Of a stretch of DNA of 61,390 nucleotides, positions 49,310-59,985 are shown in pieces. Location of the stretch: the sequence record DRR723986_8121; one strand, given 5' to 3'. The notes under the pieces were generated by a model, which searched no databases, was not told the origin of the DNA, and saw nothing but the letters and a program-made list of their open reading frames with translations. Positions within the stretch are counted from its first letter, which is position 1. Every line of letters starts with the position of its first letter. The position numbers and the translations under genes are program-made.

Positions 49310-50440
49310 TTACTCGTTTTTAATCTTTTCTAGGTAACTTAAACTAAAATTAATTTTTAGTTCAGTCCACATTGGTAAATGGTCACTCAATTGAAAAGTG
49401 CGCCATTCTTTTTTATAGTAATCCTTCTGTTCGGTTTCACTCGCCAGTATTGCTTTAAATTCATCCATAGATTTCTGTCGTTTTTGTTTTTTTTCAGCGG
49501 TAGTTTCTTTTGCTTTTTTAACTTTTTGTTCTTCAATTTTATGTTTTAACTATCTCTTGATAGTTCTTAAATTGACGTGTACTAAAGACTCTATTGTAGT
49601 AATTATAAGCAACAGCACTATTTGGTTTTTTACCATGAATAACTTCACCCTTTTTTTCCATAAAAGCAATTTGGTCATAATGTTTTGTTTGATACATGTT
49701 AGAAGGATTGTCTTCAATACCTTTTGGAATTTTAAAACCATGCTTTTTTAAAGCTTTCATGGTCTTATATTCTGGGCTGTAGATATTAAAATCGCCTAAT
49801 AAAATTAAATTTTCGTTATAGCGCTTTGCACGTTTTTTAATATTGCCAGCAATCGTATCAATTTCTTCAATACGCTGTTTTAATTTTGCTCCTGAGTCTG
49901 AGCCAAAATATATATGAACAGTACACAATTTAAATTTAAACCAACCAGACTGAAAACCAACTAAAAAAGGTGTGCGAGCAAATTGTTTTTCGTCACCTAT
50001 AAGTTGACTCTTAGTTAGAACAATTTCACCTGCGATTTTTTCGAATGATACACGATTGGTATCGTAGATATAGGCCATTCTTTCTCCATTACCTGAGCGT
50101 CCTTCAGTCACATCGGTCATTATATAATCCCATTGGTCTCCCATTACATACATAAGCCGCTTAAAGGCAAAAAGATCTTCGTTTACTTCTTGTATGGCCA
50201 CTAAATCGAAACTAGATATAATCTCAGACATGTAAAAAAAGCTTCTTTGGTTCTCGGTCCATAACCATATTGATTAGAGTCAAAGTCTCTTATATTCCAA
50301 GTGGCAATAAGTACATTTTCATTGAAGATTTTTTCTGGGATTCTGTTATCCAAATCTTCCTTTAAACTTGTCAGGCGCTTTATAACGCGCTGACGTTCTT
50401 TTAATTCTGGAAAATCATGTTTTAAAGCAAAATAGCGCAT
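49310..50440 (-). pseudogene. Endonuclease/exonuclease/phosphatase (EEP) family gene split by two frameshifts
   Basis: ATWNIR in the first frame; AIQEV, LGDFN and YDQI in the second; WRTFQLSDHLPMW in the third; shifts at the T7 tract 50240-50234 and near 49540. Confidence 0.85.
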
Positions 50441-50690
50441 AATGATTACGTTTAGTTGATAATACAATTTAGCTATTAAATCAATAGGATTATATGCGTA
50501 TAACTACGTATTTTATAATTTTTTTAAAAATTTAATAATTATTTAAACATCATGAAATCAGTTAATTAAGAAATTAATTTATGTATTTGGTCGAAAAGAT
50601 TTGCATCAGACAAAAAAATAATATGTCTTCGCTGAAAAGCATATTTATTCGATAAAGTGTATTTTGCCCCAAATTTGAACCCTAAGAACG

Positions 50691-51818
50691 ATGAAAGTAG
50701 AGCAGCTGTCAATAGCAGATGCGGCCTGGCATGATGTTGTCCTTAACTTCGATATAAAACCCAGTATATTTTTACTATTTATATCACCAACATTCAAAGG
50801 AAAAGAAGAATTAACTAAAAAACTAAAGTCACTTCATCCCAATGCTACAATAATGGGATGTTCAACAGCTGGTGAAATCTCAAACGTTAGCGTTTCAGAT
50901 GGAACAGTTTCTTTAACAGCCATAGAGCTTGAAAAAGTTAACCATAAATTAGAAATGGTTAATGTTGAAACTATGGGTCAAAGTTTTGTTGCAGGTGCTA
51001 TTTTAGCCTCTAAATTAAATTCCGATGATCTAAAACATGTATTAGTCCTTAGCGATGGACTAAATGTTAATGGTGCAGATTTAGTAACTGGACTAAAAAG
51101 TATATTGCCTAAAACTAGTATTACTGGTGGTTTAGCTGGTGATTCAGGGAATTTTACAGAAACCTTTATTTTAGCTAATGATGTTATCTCTGACAGGGTA
51201 ATAGTTGGGATTGGCTTTTATGGAGAAGAATTGCAAGTTGGTTACAGTTCTAAAGGCGGATGGGATAGTTTTGGGATTGATCGATTGGTGACAAAATCAG
51301 ATAAGAACGTACTTTACGAATTAGATGGTTTACCAGCTTTAGAATTATATAAATCCTTTTTAGGTGATAATGCATCGAACCTACCTAAATCTGGCTTACT
51401 TTTCCCATTGAGTATGCGTGTTAATGATAGAGATATTCCTGTAGTAAGAACCATTTTAGGTGTCGATGAGGATACTCAAAGCTTAACTTTTGCTGGTAAC
51501 ATACCAGAAGGGGCTTATGTGCGTTTAATGAAGGCAAATATAGATCGATTAATAGATGGAGCAGAAGATTCTGCAAAAGATGCTTTTAACATTACAAAAA
51601 ATAAAACCGAACTTGCTATACTAATAAGTTGGGTAGGCAGAAGATTTGTATTGAAACAACTTGTAGAAGAAGAGGTTGAGGCCGTAGAAGATATTATAGG
51701 TAATAACCCAAAAATTACAGGTTTTTATTCTTACGGAGAAATTGCTCCATTTGGATTGTTTTCTCCTTGTGAATTGCATAATCAAACAATGACAGTTACA
51801 ACCTTATCAGAATGTTAG
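50691..51818 (+). CDS. FIST signal-transduction domain protein
   Basis: GCSTAGEI, GGLAGD, ELDGLPA, GFYSYGEIAP and LHNQT motifs. Confidence 0.9.
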   Translation: MKVEQLSIADAAWHDVVLNFDIKPSIFLLFISPTFKGKEELTKKLKSLHPNATIMGCSTAGEISNVSVSDGTVSLTAIELEKVNHKLEMVNVETMGQSFVAGAILASKLNSDDLKHVLVLSDGLNVNGADLVTGLKSILPKTSITGGLAGDSGNFTETFILANDVISDRVIVGIGFYGEELQVGYSSKGGWDSFGIDRLVTKSDKNVLYELDGLPALELYKSFLGDNASNLPKSGLLFPLSMRVNDRDIPVVRTILGVDEDTQSLTFAGNIPEGAYVRLMKANIDRLIDGAEDSAKDAFNITKNKTELAILISWVGRRFVLKQLVEEEVEAVEDIIGNNPKITGFYSYGEIAPFGLFSPCELHNQTMTVTTLSEC

Positions 51819-53541
51819 ATGGTAATACACACAGATTGCTTAGGCGTCAAATCCGTAATGCTGGATTTGATGATAAGGATTTGGAAAAGTTTAAGGACTT
51901 TTTCGATGTAGTTAATGATGCCTATGAAAGTTTTGATGAAGATGTAAAGCATATTGAAATTATATTAGAACAGAGTTCTAATGAACTATATAAACTAAAT
52001 AAAGCTTTAAAATCTGAAGTAAACAATGTTGAAAATGAACTAAATACTATTGTTAATACTATAGAAGGTGTCATTTTTAAAACTGACATGGAAGGAAATT
52101 TTAAGTATTTAAATAAAGCTTGGGAAGAATTAACTGGTGTTAGGGTTGAAGAAGCATTAAATAAAAAATATAGAGATCTATTATTTGGTAAAAATAATAA
52201 AGAAAAGGCCCGGATAAAAAGATTCTTAAAAGAAGGTAAGGACGATTACACGACACTATTTAAGTATTTTAAGCCAACAGGAGATAAACTTTGGATACAA
52301 TTAAAACTAGAATTGGTTCAGGATTCTGAAGGAAATAATTGTGGCACAATAGGACAATGATTGATGTTACGCAATTAAAGGAAACAGAAGTTCAATTAAA
52401 CGAGGCTAATAAGACCAAAGATGCATTCTTATCTACAATGTCTCATGAAATTAGAACTCCACTAAATGCAGTAGTAGAAATGTCTGATATTCTTTTAATG
52501 GAGAAACATCTACCAGAACAATTAGAAAATTTACAAGTTTTAAAATACTCTAGTACTCATTTGCTAGCTTTAATAAATGATCTTTTAGATCTTAATAGAT
52601 TTAAATCTAAAGAAATAAAGCTTGTTGAAGAGGTTTTTAATCTTACAGACTTAATTCAAAATATTCAGTTACATTTTAAACAAATTGCTTTTAAGAAGGA
52701 CTTAAGTTTTGAAACTATTGTAGATAGCAAAATCCCTGATTTGATTAAAGGTGAAAGTTTAAAATTATCTCAGGTTATCAAGAACTTATTGAGTAATGCC
52801 TTTAAATTTACAAGTGAAGGAAGTGTAATGTTTAAAATAGAATTATTAAGTAATTCTGAGGATACCTGTGATATAAGATTTATCGCTGAAGACACTGGCA
52901 TAGGTGTTTCATATCATAAACAAAAAGATATTTTTAAAAGTTTTGTTCAGGCTAATGAAAACACATCAAAGCTATACGGTGGTTCAAGTTTAGGATTATT
53001 TATTAGTAAAGAATTATTGAAAATTCACAATAGTGATTTGCATTTAAAAAGTGCAGAAGGAAAAGGTTCAAAATTCTGGTTCGATATTACTTTTAAACAT
53101 TCAGATCAAAAATCTCATATTGCGAAGGCGGAGAAAACTAAAACAAATGCCATTAATTTAAATGTTCTTGTAGCAGAGGATAATAAATTAAATGCCATGT
53201 TAATCTCAAAACTTTTTGGTAAATGGGATGTAGACTTTCAAATTGCTTCAGATGGCCAAGAGCTTTTAGAAATTTATGCACAAAAAGACTTTGATCTTAT
53301 ACTTATGGATTTACAGATGCCTGTATTAGATGGTTATGCTACTGCCCAAGAAATACGTAATATGGCAGATGAATCAAAATCATTAATCCCAATAATAGCA
53401 TTGACTGCATTTACTGAATCTGAAGTAAGAGAAAAATAGGAATGTTACAAAATGAGTGGTTATTTGAGTAAACCTTTTGACTCAAACCAACTGCATGATT
53501 TATTAACGTTCTACAGTCTTAACAAACAGAAAGCTGTTTAA
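51812..53541 (+). pseudogene. PAS-HisKA-HATPase-REC hybrid sensor kinase, disrupted
   Basis: PAS part ends in a frameshift near 52354; SHEIRTPL, NLLSNAFKFT, DTGIG and LMDLQMP motifs follow; in-frame TAG at 53437 precedes GYLSKPF; natural stop at 53541. Confidence 0.85.
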
Positions 53542-53576
53542 ACTATTAGAATAACTTTTTTTATTATTTTCGGACA

Positions 53577-54845
53577 ATGCAAGAGGACTTTCTTCATTAC
53601 GTCTGGAAACACAAAGCATTTTCTACTGTATCTTTGAAAACAACAGAAGGTGAAGCTCTAGTCCTTAAAACCTTAGGTATTCATAATCACAACTCTGGAC
53701 CAGATTTTTTCAATGCGCAAGTATATATTGATGATCAATTATGGGCCGGAAACGTAGAAATTCATCTCAAATCCTCAGACTGGTACCTTCATAATCATGA
53801 AGCTGATAAAGCTTATGATAATGTTATTCTACATGTAGTTTGGGAACACGATACTGAAATTTTCCGAAGTGATAATTCTAAAATTCCTACCCTAGAATTA
53901 AAGAATTATACAGATAAATCTTTATTGAATAAATACAAAACACTTTTGGCATCTAAATCCTGGATTAATTGTGAAGCAGACTTCCCAGATGTCGATGATT
54001 TTATTATTAATAGTTGGCTCGAACGTTTATTTATTGAAAGATTAGAGCGTAAATCTGAGGACATCGAAAAACTCTTAATAGCTTCTAAGAATAATTGGGA
54101 AAATGTATTATTTAAATTACTCTTAAAAACCTTTGGGCTAAAAGTCAATGGTGAAGCATTTTTTAGTTTGGCAAATGCTTTGGATTTCTCTACTGTGAGA
54201 AAATTACAGAAGACTATAGAAATGGAAGCATTCTTATTCGGTCAGGCAAAACTTCTCACTGAGAATCGAGAAGATGTTTATTATATTGATTTAAAAAATC
54301 ATTATACTTTTCTTAAACATAAGTTTAATTTAAATAATCAAGGTGTTTTACCAATTCAATTTTTTAGATTACGACCACCAAATTTTCCAACAATTAGGTT
54401 GTCACAATTTGCGAGGCTTTATACTGTTGAGACCAATTTATTTTCTAAAATTACAGCATCTCAAAAATTAGAGGATTTTTATAGTTTGTTTAATCATGGT
54501 GTTTCAGAGTACTGGATGACACACTATACTTTTGGTAAATCGTCAAGGACATCTCAGAAGTTACTAACAAAATCATTTATAGATTTATTAATAATTAATA
54601 CCATTATACCTCTAAAGTTTAGCTATGCGAAGTCAAAAGGACAAACTATAGATGACCAATTATTTGATCTAATAAATCAAATAAAGATTGAGAATAACAA
54701 TATTGTAAAGAGATTTTTAGATTTAAAAACAATTAAAAATTCTGCCTTAAATTCTCAAGCCTTGTTAGAATTAAAACAAAATTATTGTGACAAAAATAAA
54801 TGTCTACAATGTGCTATAGGGAATAGTTTGATTGTTAAAAATTAA
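53577..54845 (+). CDS. DUF2851 family protein
   Basis: EDFLHYVW, GPDFFNA, GNVEIH, RLRPPNFPTIRL and CLQCAIG motifs. Confidence 0.88.
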   Translation: MQEDFLHYVWKHKAFSTVSLKTTEGEALVLKTLGIHNHNSGPDFFNAQVYIDDQLWAGNVEIHLKSSDWYLHNHEADKAYDNVILHVVWEHDTEIFRSDNSKIPTLELKNYTDKSLLNKYKTLLASKSWINCEADFPDVDDFIINSWLERLFIERLERKSEDIEKLLIASKNNWENVLFKLLLKTFGLKVNGEAFFSLANALDFSTVRKLQKTIEMEAFLFGQAKLLTENREDVYYIDLKNHYTFLKHKFNLNNQGVLPIQFFRLRPPNFPTIRLSQFARLYTVETNLFSKITASQKLEDFYSLFNHGVSEYWMTHYTFGKSSRTSQKLLTKSFIDLLIINTIIPLKFSYAKSKGQTIDDQLFDLINQIKIENNNIVKRFLDLKTIKNSALNSQALLELKQNYCDKNKCLQCAIGNSLIVKN

Positions 54846-54858
54846 GTAAATTGCAGCC

Positions 54859-55086
54859 ATGACTTGGTTCTATTCATTATTATTATATTTTCAAAAAAGA
54901 GGTTATTATGTTTGTCAGCGTATAGCAGACAGTTTAGGTATTAGAGCTAAAATAGTGAGAACTTCATTTATGTATCTAACATTTGTTACAGTTGGGTTTG
55001 GTTTTGCCTTATATTTATTTTTAGCATTTTGGATGCGTATAAAAGATATTATTTACACTAAACGTACATCAGTATTTGATTTATGA
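54859..55086 (+). CDS. PspC-family membrane protein
   Basis: VCQRIADSLGI followed by a TM segment; C-terminal SVFDL. Confidence 0.75.
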   Translation: MTWFYSLLLYFQKRGYYVCQRIADSLGIRAKIVRTSFMYLTFVTVGFGFALYLFLAFWMRIKDIIYTKRTSVFDL

Positions 55087-56111
55087 CTGTAAAAAACTCT
55101 TTGCTAAAGCTTTTTAGATCTAAAATTTATACGGCGCTCCTATTATTGTTATTAGTGCTTTGTATAGGTGTTTTTGGTTTTAGATTCATTGCAGATTATG
55201 GATGGATAGATGCTGTCTATATGACGGTAATTACAATCACAACGGTTGGATTTGAAGAGGTGAATCCGCTAGACGCAAACGCTAAAATATTTACAGTGTT
55301 CCTAATACTATCTAGTGTGGTCATTGTTGGTTATGCAATTTCCATAATCACAGAATATATTCTTAGTAAAAACAATTTAGAAGATATAAAACAACGCAAA
55401 ATGCAAAAGAAAATAGATGGCATGTCAAACCATATAATTATTTGTGGTTTTGGACGTAATGGTAAGCAGGCTGCTCGTAAATTATTAACCTACAAAAAAC
55501 CTTTTGTAATTATTGAGCGCGATAAAGAGATTATAGAAAAATTCAGTGAGGAAGACATTCCGTTTGTTTATGGAAATGCTAATGAAGATGATACATTAAT
55601 TGAAGCTGGTGTTGAACGAGCTAATGTATTAATTAGCGCTTTACCTAGTGATGCTGATAATTTATTTGTAGTGCTTTCAGCACGACAGATTAATGGCAAA
55701 ATGACTATTATTAGTAGAGCGTCTCAAGAAACATCATTTAATAAACTAAAGTTAGCAGGTGCAAATAATGTTATTTTACCAGATAAAATTGGTGGAGATC
55801 ATATGGCTTCTCTTGTAGTTATACCAGATTTGATTGAGTTTATAGATAATTTAGGTATTGTTGGTGAGAGAAATATTAATGTTGAAGAAGTGAAGGTAGA
55901 ACAACTATACGATACCAAAGTAATTAAAACAATCAGAGAATTAGACCTTAGGAAAAAAACAGGTTGTACAGTAATTGGTTTTAAGGATGAAAATGGTGAA
56001 TATCTTGTTAATCCTGAGTCGGATACAAAGTTGGTGCCTGGATCAAAAATAATTGTATTAGGGAGGCCAGAACAAATTCACACATTAAATTCTGAATACA
56101 ACATTGGCTAG
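55083..56111 (+). CDS. Potassium channel protein with TrkA-N/TrkA-C (RCK) domains
   Basis: TITTVGF selectivity filter; CGFGRNG Rossmann motif. Confidence 0.9.
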   Translation: MTVKNSLLKLFRSKIYTALLLLLLVLCIGVFGFRFIADYGWIDAVYMTVITITTVGFEEVNPLDANAKIFTVFLILSSVVIVGYAISIITEYILSKNNLEDIKQRKMQKKIDGMSNHIIICGFGRNGKQAARKLLTYKKPFVIIERDKEIIEKFSEEDIPFVYGNANEDDTLIEAGVERANVLISALPSDADNLFVVLSARQINGKMTIISRASQETSFNKLKLAGANNVILPDKIGGDHMASLVVIPDLIEFIDNLGIVGERNINVEEVKVEQLYDTKVIKTIRELDLRKKTGCTVIGFKDENGEYLVNPESDTKLVPGSKIIVLGRPEQIHTLNSEYNIG

Positions 56112-56208
56112 GTTTTAAGCCCATTTTAACGTCACTAACTTTAAAAACTCAATTTTTTTTAGCATCTTGTCGGCTACAAATAACAGAAACTAACTAATAA
56201 CTTTATTT

Positions 56209-57804
56209 ATGAAGAAGGCTCTTCTATCTATTTTTGCACTTATTTTACCTCTTATAACTTTTGCTCAAGACGCCACTGAACAAGGTTTAGACCAAAAAAT
56301 TGATCAGGCATTTGGTGATGCAACAGGCTGGTTTGTAAACGCTATTTTTTATCAAATAGATTTTGGTGGAGGTGTTAAAGTATTTTGGGTACTTTTCCCC
56401 TTAATCATTGGTGCTACATACTTCACATTTTACTTTAGATTTATCAACTTTAAAGGGTTCCTTACATCAATAAATATTGTTAGGGGAAAATACGATGATA
56501 TAGATCACCATGAGTCTATGGTGGTAGCTGGTGACCCAACTCCTGGTGGTGATGCTATTGAAACAATTGCTATAGAAGGTCATGATGGAGAAGTGTCACA
56601 TTTTCAGGCACTGACCGCTGCGCTTTCTGCTACAGTAGGTTTAGGTAATATTGCAGGTGTTGCAATTGCAGTTTCTATTGGTGGTGCTGGTGCAACGTTT
56701 TGGATGATTGTAGCAGGTTTACTAGGTATGGCATCAAAGTTTGTAGAATGTACACTTGGTGTAAAATATAGAGATATAAATGAAGATGGTACCGTATATG
56801 GAGGACCTATGTATTATCTTACTAAAGGACTAAAATCAAAAGGATTAGAAGGATTAGGTAAAGTATTAGCTGTCTTATTCGCCATTTTTGTAATTGGTGG
56901 ATCGTTTGGTGGTGGAAATATGTTTCAAGTAAACCAAGCTTTTCAATTAGTAGAAAATATTACAGGTGGTACCGAATCATTTTTATATGGATATGGATGG
57001 GCATTTGGTTTAGTAATGGCAATTTTAGTTGGTATAGTAATTATTGGTGGTATTAAGTCCATTGCTAAAGTAACGGATAAAATTGTACCATTTATGGTAG
57101 TTATATATGTGGCGGCATCGCTATTTGTAATTTTTGCTAATTTTAATATGATTGGAGATGCATTTGCTCAAATTTTTAATGGAGCATTTAGCCCAGAAGG
57201 TGTTGCTGGTGGTGCCGTTGGGGTTTTGGTTCAAGGATTTAGAAGGGCTGCATTTTCAAACGAAGCTGGTATTGGATCTGCATCTATAGCGCATTCTGCT
57301 GTAAAGACTAAATATGCAGCTAGTGAAGGTATGGTTGCCTTACTAGAGCCATTTATTGATACGGTGTTAGTATGTACAATGACTGCTTTAGTATTAATTA
57401 TTACAGGTAATGTAACTGCTGCTAATGCATCTTTAAACGATGCGGAAGCAATATTGTTAACCTCTGGAGCTTTTGAATCTGCAATTTCATGGTTCCCATA
57501 TGTATTAACTGTTGCGGTTGTTTTATTTGCATTTAGTTCTATGATCTCTTGGTCGTATTATGGTTTTCAAGGTTGGTCATATTTATTCGGAAGAACTAAG
57601 AAGGCTGAATATACATATAAAGTTATATTTTGTCTATTTGTTATCGTTGGTGCTGCGGCAAGTTTAGGATCAGTGATTGGTTTCTCAGATGCAATGATAT
57701 TTGCTATGATGGTTCCAAACATGATTGGTCTAGTTATATTGGCACCAAAAGTAAGAGATGAGCTAAAACGCTATATGAATGCAATAAAAGCAGGTAAAGA
57801 ATAA
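56209..57804 (+). CDS. Alanine/glycine:cation symporter (AGCS family)
   Basis: ATVGLGNIAGVA, GGPMYY, FSNEAGIGS and FIDT motifs. Confidence 0.93.
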   Translation: MKKALLSIFALILPLITFAQDATEQGLDQKIDQAFGDATGWFVNAIFYQIDFGGGVKVFWVLFPLIIGATYFTFYFRFINFKGFLTSINIVRGKYDDIDHHESMVVAGDPTPGGDAIETIAIEGHDGEVSHFQALTAALSATVGLGNIAGVAIAVSIGGAGATFWMIVAGLLGMASKFVECTLGVKYRDINEDGTVYGGPMYYLTKGLKSKGLEGLGKVLAVLFAIFVIGGSFGGGNMFQVNQAFQLVENITGGTESFLYGYGWAFGLVMAILVGIVIIGGIKSIAKVTDKIVPFMVVIYVAASLFVIFANFNMIGDAFAQIFNGAFSPEGVAGGAVGVLVQGFRRAAFSNEAGIGSASIAHSAVKTKYAASEGMVALLEPFIDTVLVCTMTALVLIITGNVTAANASLNDAEAILLTSGAFESAISWFPYVLTVAVVLFAFSSMISWSYYGFQGWSYLFGRTKKAEYTYKVIFCLFVIVGAAASLGSVIGFSDAMIFAMMVPNMIGLVILAPKVRDELKRYMNAIKAGKE

Positions 57805-57822
57805 ACTAAATATTAAAGATAT

Positions 57823-58698
57823 ATGAAATCCCATTTTAAGTTTTCTAATCAAGAACGTAATGGGATTTTTTTGTTAGTAGCAATTATTATAATTGCTCAA
57901 TGTGCTTATGCGTTTTTAGATTTTTCTCAGCCGCTAGCACCAATTAATGAAGAAGAACTCAAGAATTTTAGATTAGAAGTAGATTCTTTAAGAATGGTTG
58001 AAGTTGAAAATAGTAAGACAAAGCTATTTCCATTTAATCCTAATTACATAACAGATTACAAAGGATATACTCTTGGTATGACAAATGAAGAAATCGATAG
58101 GCTTCATAAGTTTAGAGAATCAAATAAATGGATAAACTCGGCAAAAGAGTTTCAGCAGGTCACTAAAATATCAGATTCATTGTTGGCTGTAATCTCACCA
58201 AATTTTAAGTTTCCAGAATGGATTACTAACCCTAAACCACTAAATAATTCATATAATAATTCCTATTCCAAAAACAACAAACCAAAGACTTATGCCCAAA
58301 AAGTTGATCTAAATATTGCAACTGCGAGTCAACTTCAAAAGGTATATGGGATTGGTGAAAAACTATCTGAGCGTATTATTAAATATAGAAATAAGCATAA
58401 AGGAGGATTTGTAGCAGATGTAGAATTGACTGAAATTTATGGTTTAGAATTAGTTGTTATAGATCGAATTAAAAATGATTTTACAGTAAAATCACCTCGA
58501 GCTATTAAAACCTACAACCTTAATACGGCATCTCGTGATGAACTTGTACTAATAAAGTATATTGATTATGAAATAGCCAACAATATAATTGAAGAACGTC
58601 TGCTTAGAGAAGGATTTAAATCTTTAGAAGAATTAACAAAAGTTGAAGATTTTCCAGTCAAAAAGATCGAGATAATTAAGTTATATTTGCATTTGTAA
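57823..58698 (+). CDS. ComEA-like helix-hairpin-helix DNA-binding protein
   Basis: N-terminal TM; FNPN, DLNIAT..LQKVYGIG and NLNTAS HhH repeats. Confidence 0.85.
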   Translation: MKSHFKFSNQERNGIFLLVAIIIIAQCAYAFLDFSQPLAPINEEELKNFRLEVDSLRMVEVENSKTKLFPFNPNYITDYKGYTLGMTNEEIDRLHKFRESNKWINSAKEFQQVTKISDSLLAVISPNFKFPEWITNPKPLNNSYNNSYSKNNKPKTYAQKVDLNIATASQLQKVYGIGEKLSERIIKYRNKHKGGFVADVELTEIYGLELVVIDRIKNDFTVKSPRAIKTYNLNTASRDELVLIKYIDYEIANNIIEERLLREGFKSLEELTKVEDFPVKKIEIIKLYLHL

Positions 58699-58713
58699 AA
58701 AAAATTGCAAAAG

Positions 58714-59880
58714 ATGTCTAACTTATATTTCACAGAAGAACATAATTTATTTAGAGAAAGTCTTAGAGAATTTCTTCAAAAAGAGGTCGTACCGCATATA
58801 GAAAAATGGGAGGAAACGGGCAATATAGAGCGTTTCATTTGGAAGAAATTTGGTGATATGGGTTATTTTGGTCTTGCCTATCCAGAAGAGTTCGGTGGAT
58901 TAGATCTAGATTTATTTTATACAGTAATATTACTTGAGGAGCTTCAGCGCATAAACTCAGGTGGTTTCGCCGCAGCTATTTGGGCGCATGCTTATTTGGC
59001 CATGACTCATATAAACAAAGAAGGAGATCAAAAAATCAAAGAAAATTACTTAACGGATAGTATTAGTGGAGATAAAATAGGATGTCTTTGTATTACTGAG
59101 CCTTTTGGAGGTAGTGATGTTGCTGGAATGCGTACTACAGCAGTTAAAAAAGGCGAAACCTATATAATAAATGGATCAAAAACATTTATTACAAATGGTG
59201 TTTACAGCGATTATTTAGTAGTAGCAGCTAAAACAGCACCAGAGTTAGGTAATAAAGGCATCAGTATTTTTGTATTAGATAGAGAAACACCAGGAGTTTC
59301 TGCTACTAAATTAGATAAATTAGGTTGGAGAGCTAGTGATACAGGTGAGATAGCATTCGACAATGTAGAAATACCTGCATCTAATTTAATGGGAAATGAG
59401 AATGAAGGATTTGTCTATATAATGCAACATTTTGCTCTGGAGCGATTAATTATGGGTGTAAATGCTCATGCTAGGGCAGAATATGCTTTAGAATATGCTA
59501 AGCAATATATGAGTGAGCGAACTGCTTTTGGTAAGACCATAGACAAATTTCAGGCTTTAAGGCATACCTATGCAGATTGTGAAACTCAAATGGAGATTTG
59601 TAAACAATTCAATTATTATGTAGCAAAACGATTAGATATGGGAGACTATGTAGTTAAAGAAGCTACAATGTCAAAGTTGCAATCTACAAAAATGGCGGAT
59701 GAGGTAATTTATCAGTGTCTTCAGTTTTTAGGTGGATATGGTTATATGGAAGAGTATCCATTAGCGCGTATGTCTAGAGACAGTAGATTAGGTCCAATTG
59801 GTGGTGGTACTTCTGAAATCTTAAAAGAGATTATAGCCAAAATGGTAATAGATAATAAAGATTATAAGCCAGCTACTTAA
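58714..59880 (+). CDS. Acyl-CoA dehydrogenase (ORF open from 58705)
   Basis: TEPFGGSD, NGSKTFITNG, LGGYGY and IGGGTSEI motifs. Confidence 0.93.
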   Translation: MSNLYFTEEHNLFRESLREFLQKEVVPHIEKWEETGNIERFIWKKFGDMGYFGLAYPEEFGGLDLDLFYTVILLEELQRINSGGFAAAIWAHAYLAMTHINKEGDQKIKENYLTDSISGDKIGCLCITEPFGGSDVAGMRTTAVKKGETYIINGSKTFITNGVYSDYLVVAAKTAPELGNKGISIFVLDRETPGVSATKLDKLGWRASDTGEIAFDNVEIPASNLMGNENEGFVYIMQHFALERLIMGVNAHARAEYALEYAKQYMSERTAFGKTIDKFQALRHTYADCETQMEICKQFNYYVAKRLDMGDYVVKEATMSKLQSTKMADEVIYQCLQFLGGYGYMEEYPLARMSRDSRLGPIGGGTSEILKEIIAKMVIDNKDYKPAT

Positions 59881-59900
59881 TTTGAAGTATTGCTTAATGT

Positions 59901-59928
59901 AAATCTTGTCGTATGGCAAGATTTTTTT
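59901..59928 (+). terminator. Intrinsic terminator
   Basis: AAATCTTGTC-GTAT-GGCAAGATTT followed by a T run. Confidence 0.75.
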
Positions 59929-59985
59929 ATTTACACCTATTTTATGAATTACAATTATTATCTTTAATATACTTCAATCGTTCGT

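Noticed and set aside
13116..53439. TAG stop-codon reassignment, suggested by four in-frame TAGs (13154, 13118, 18878, 53437)
   Set aside because: TAG ends many intact genes here (trpB, the oxidoreductase, the ketoisomerase, xerC), core genes have no internal TAGs, and two of the three affected genes also carry frameshifts
1356..54148. Numerous 60-105 aa ORFs antisense or out of frame within known genes (e.g. 1356, 2738, 10364, 18233, 33471, 47299, 53906)
   Set aside because: Expected shadow ORFs of well-supported genes, with no independent motifs
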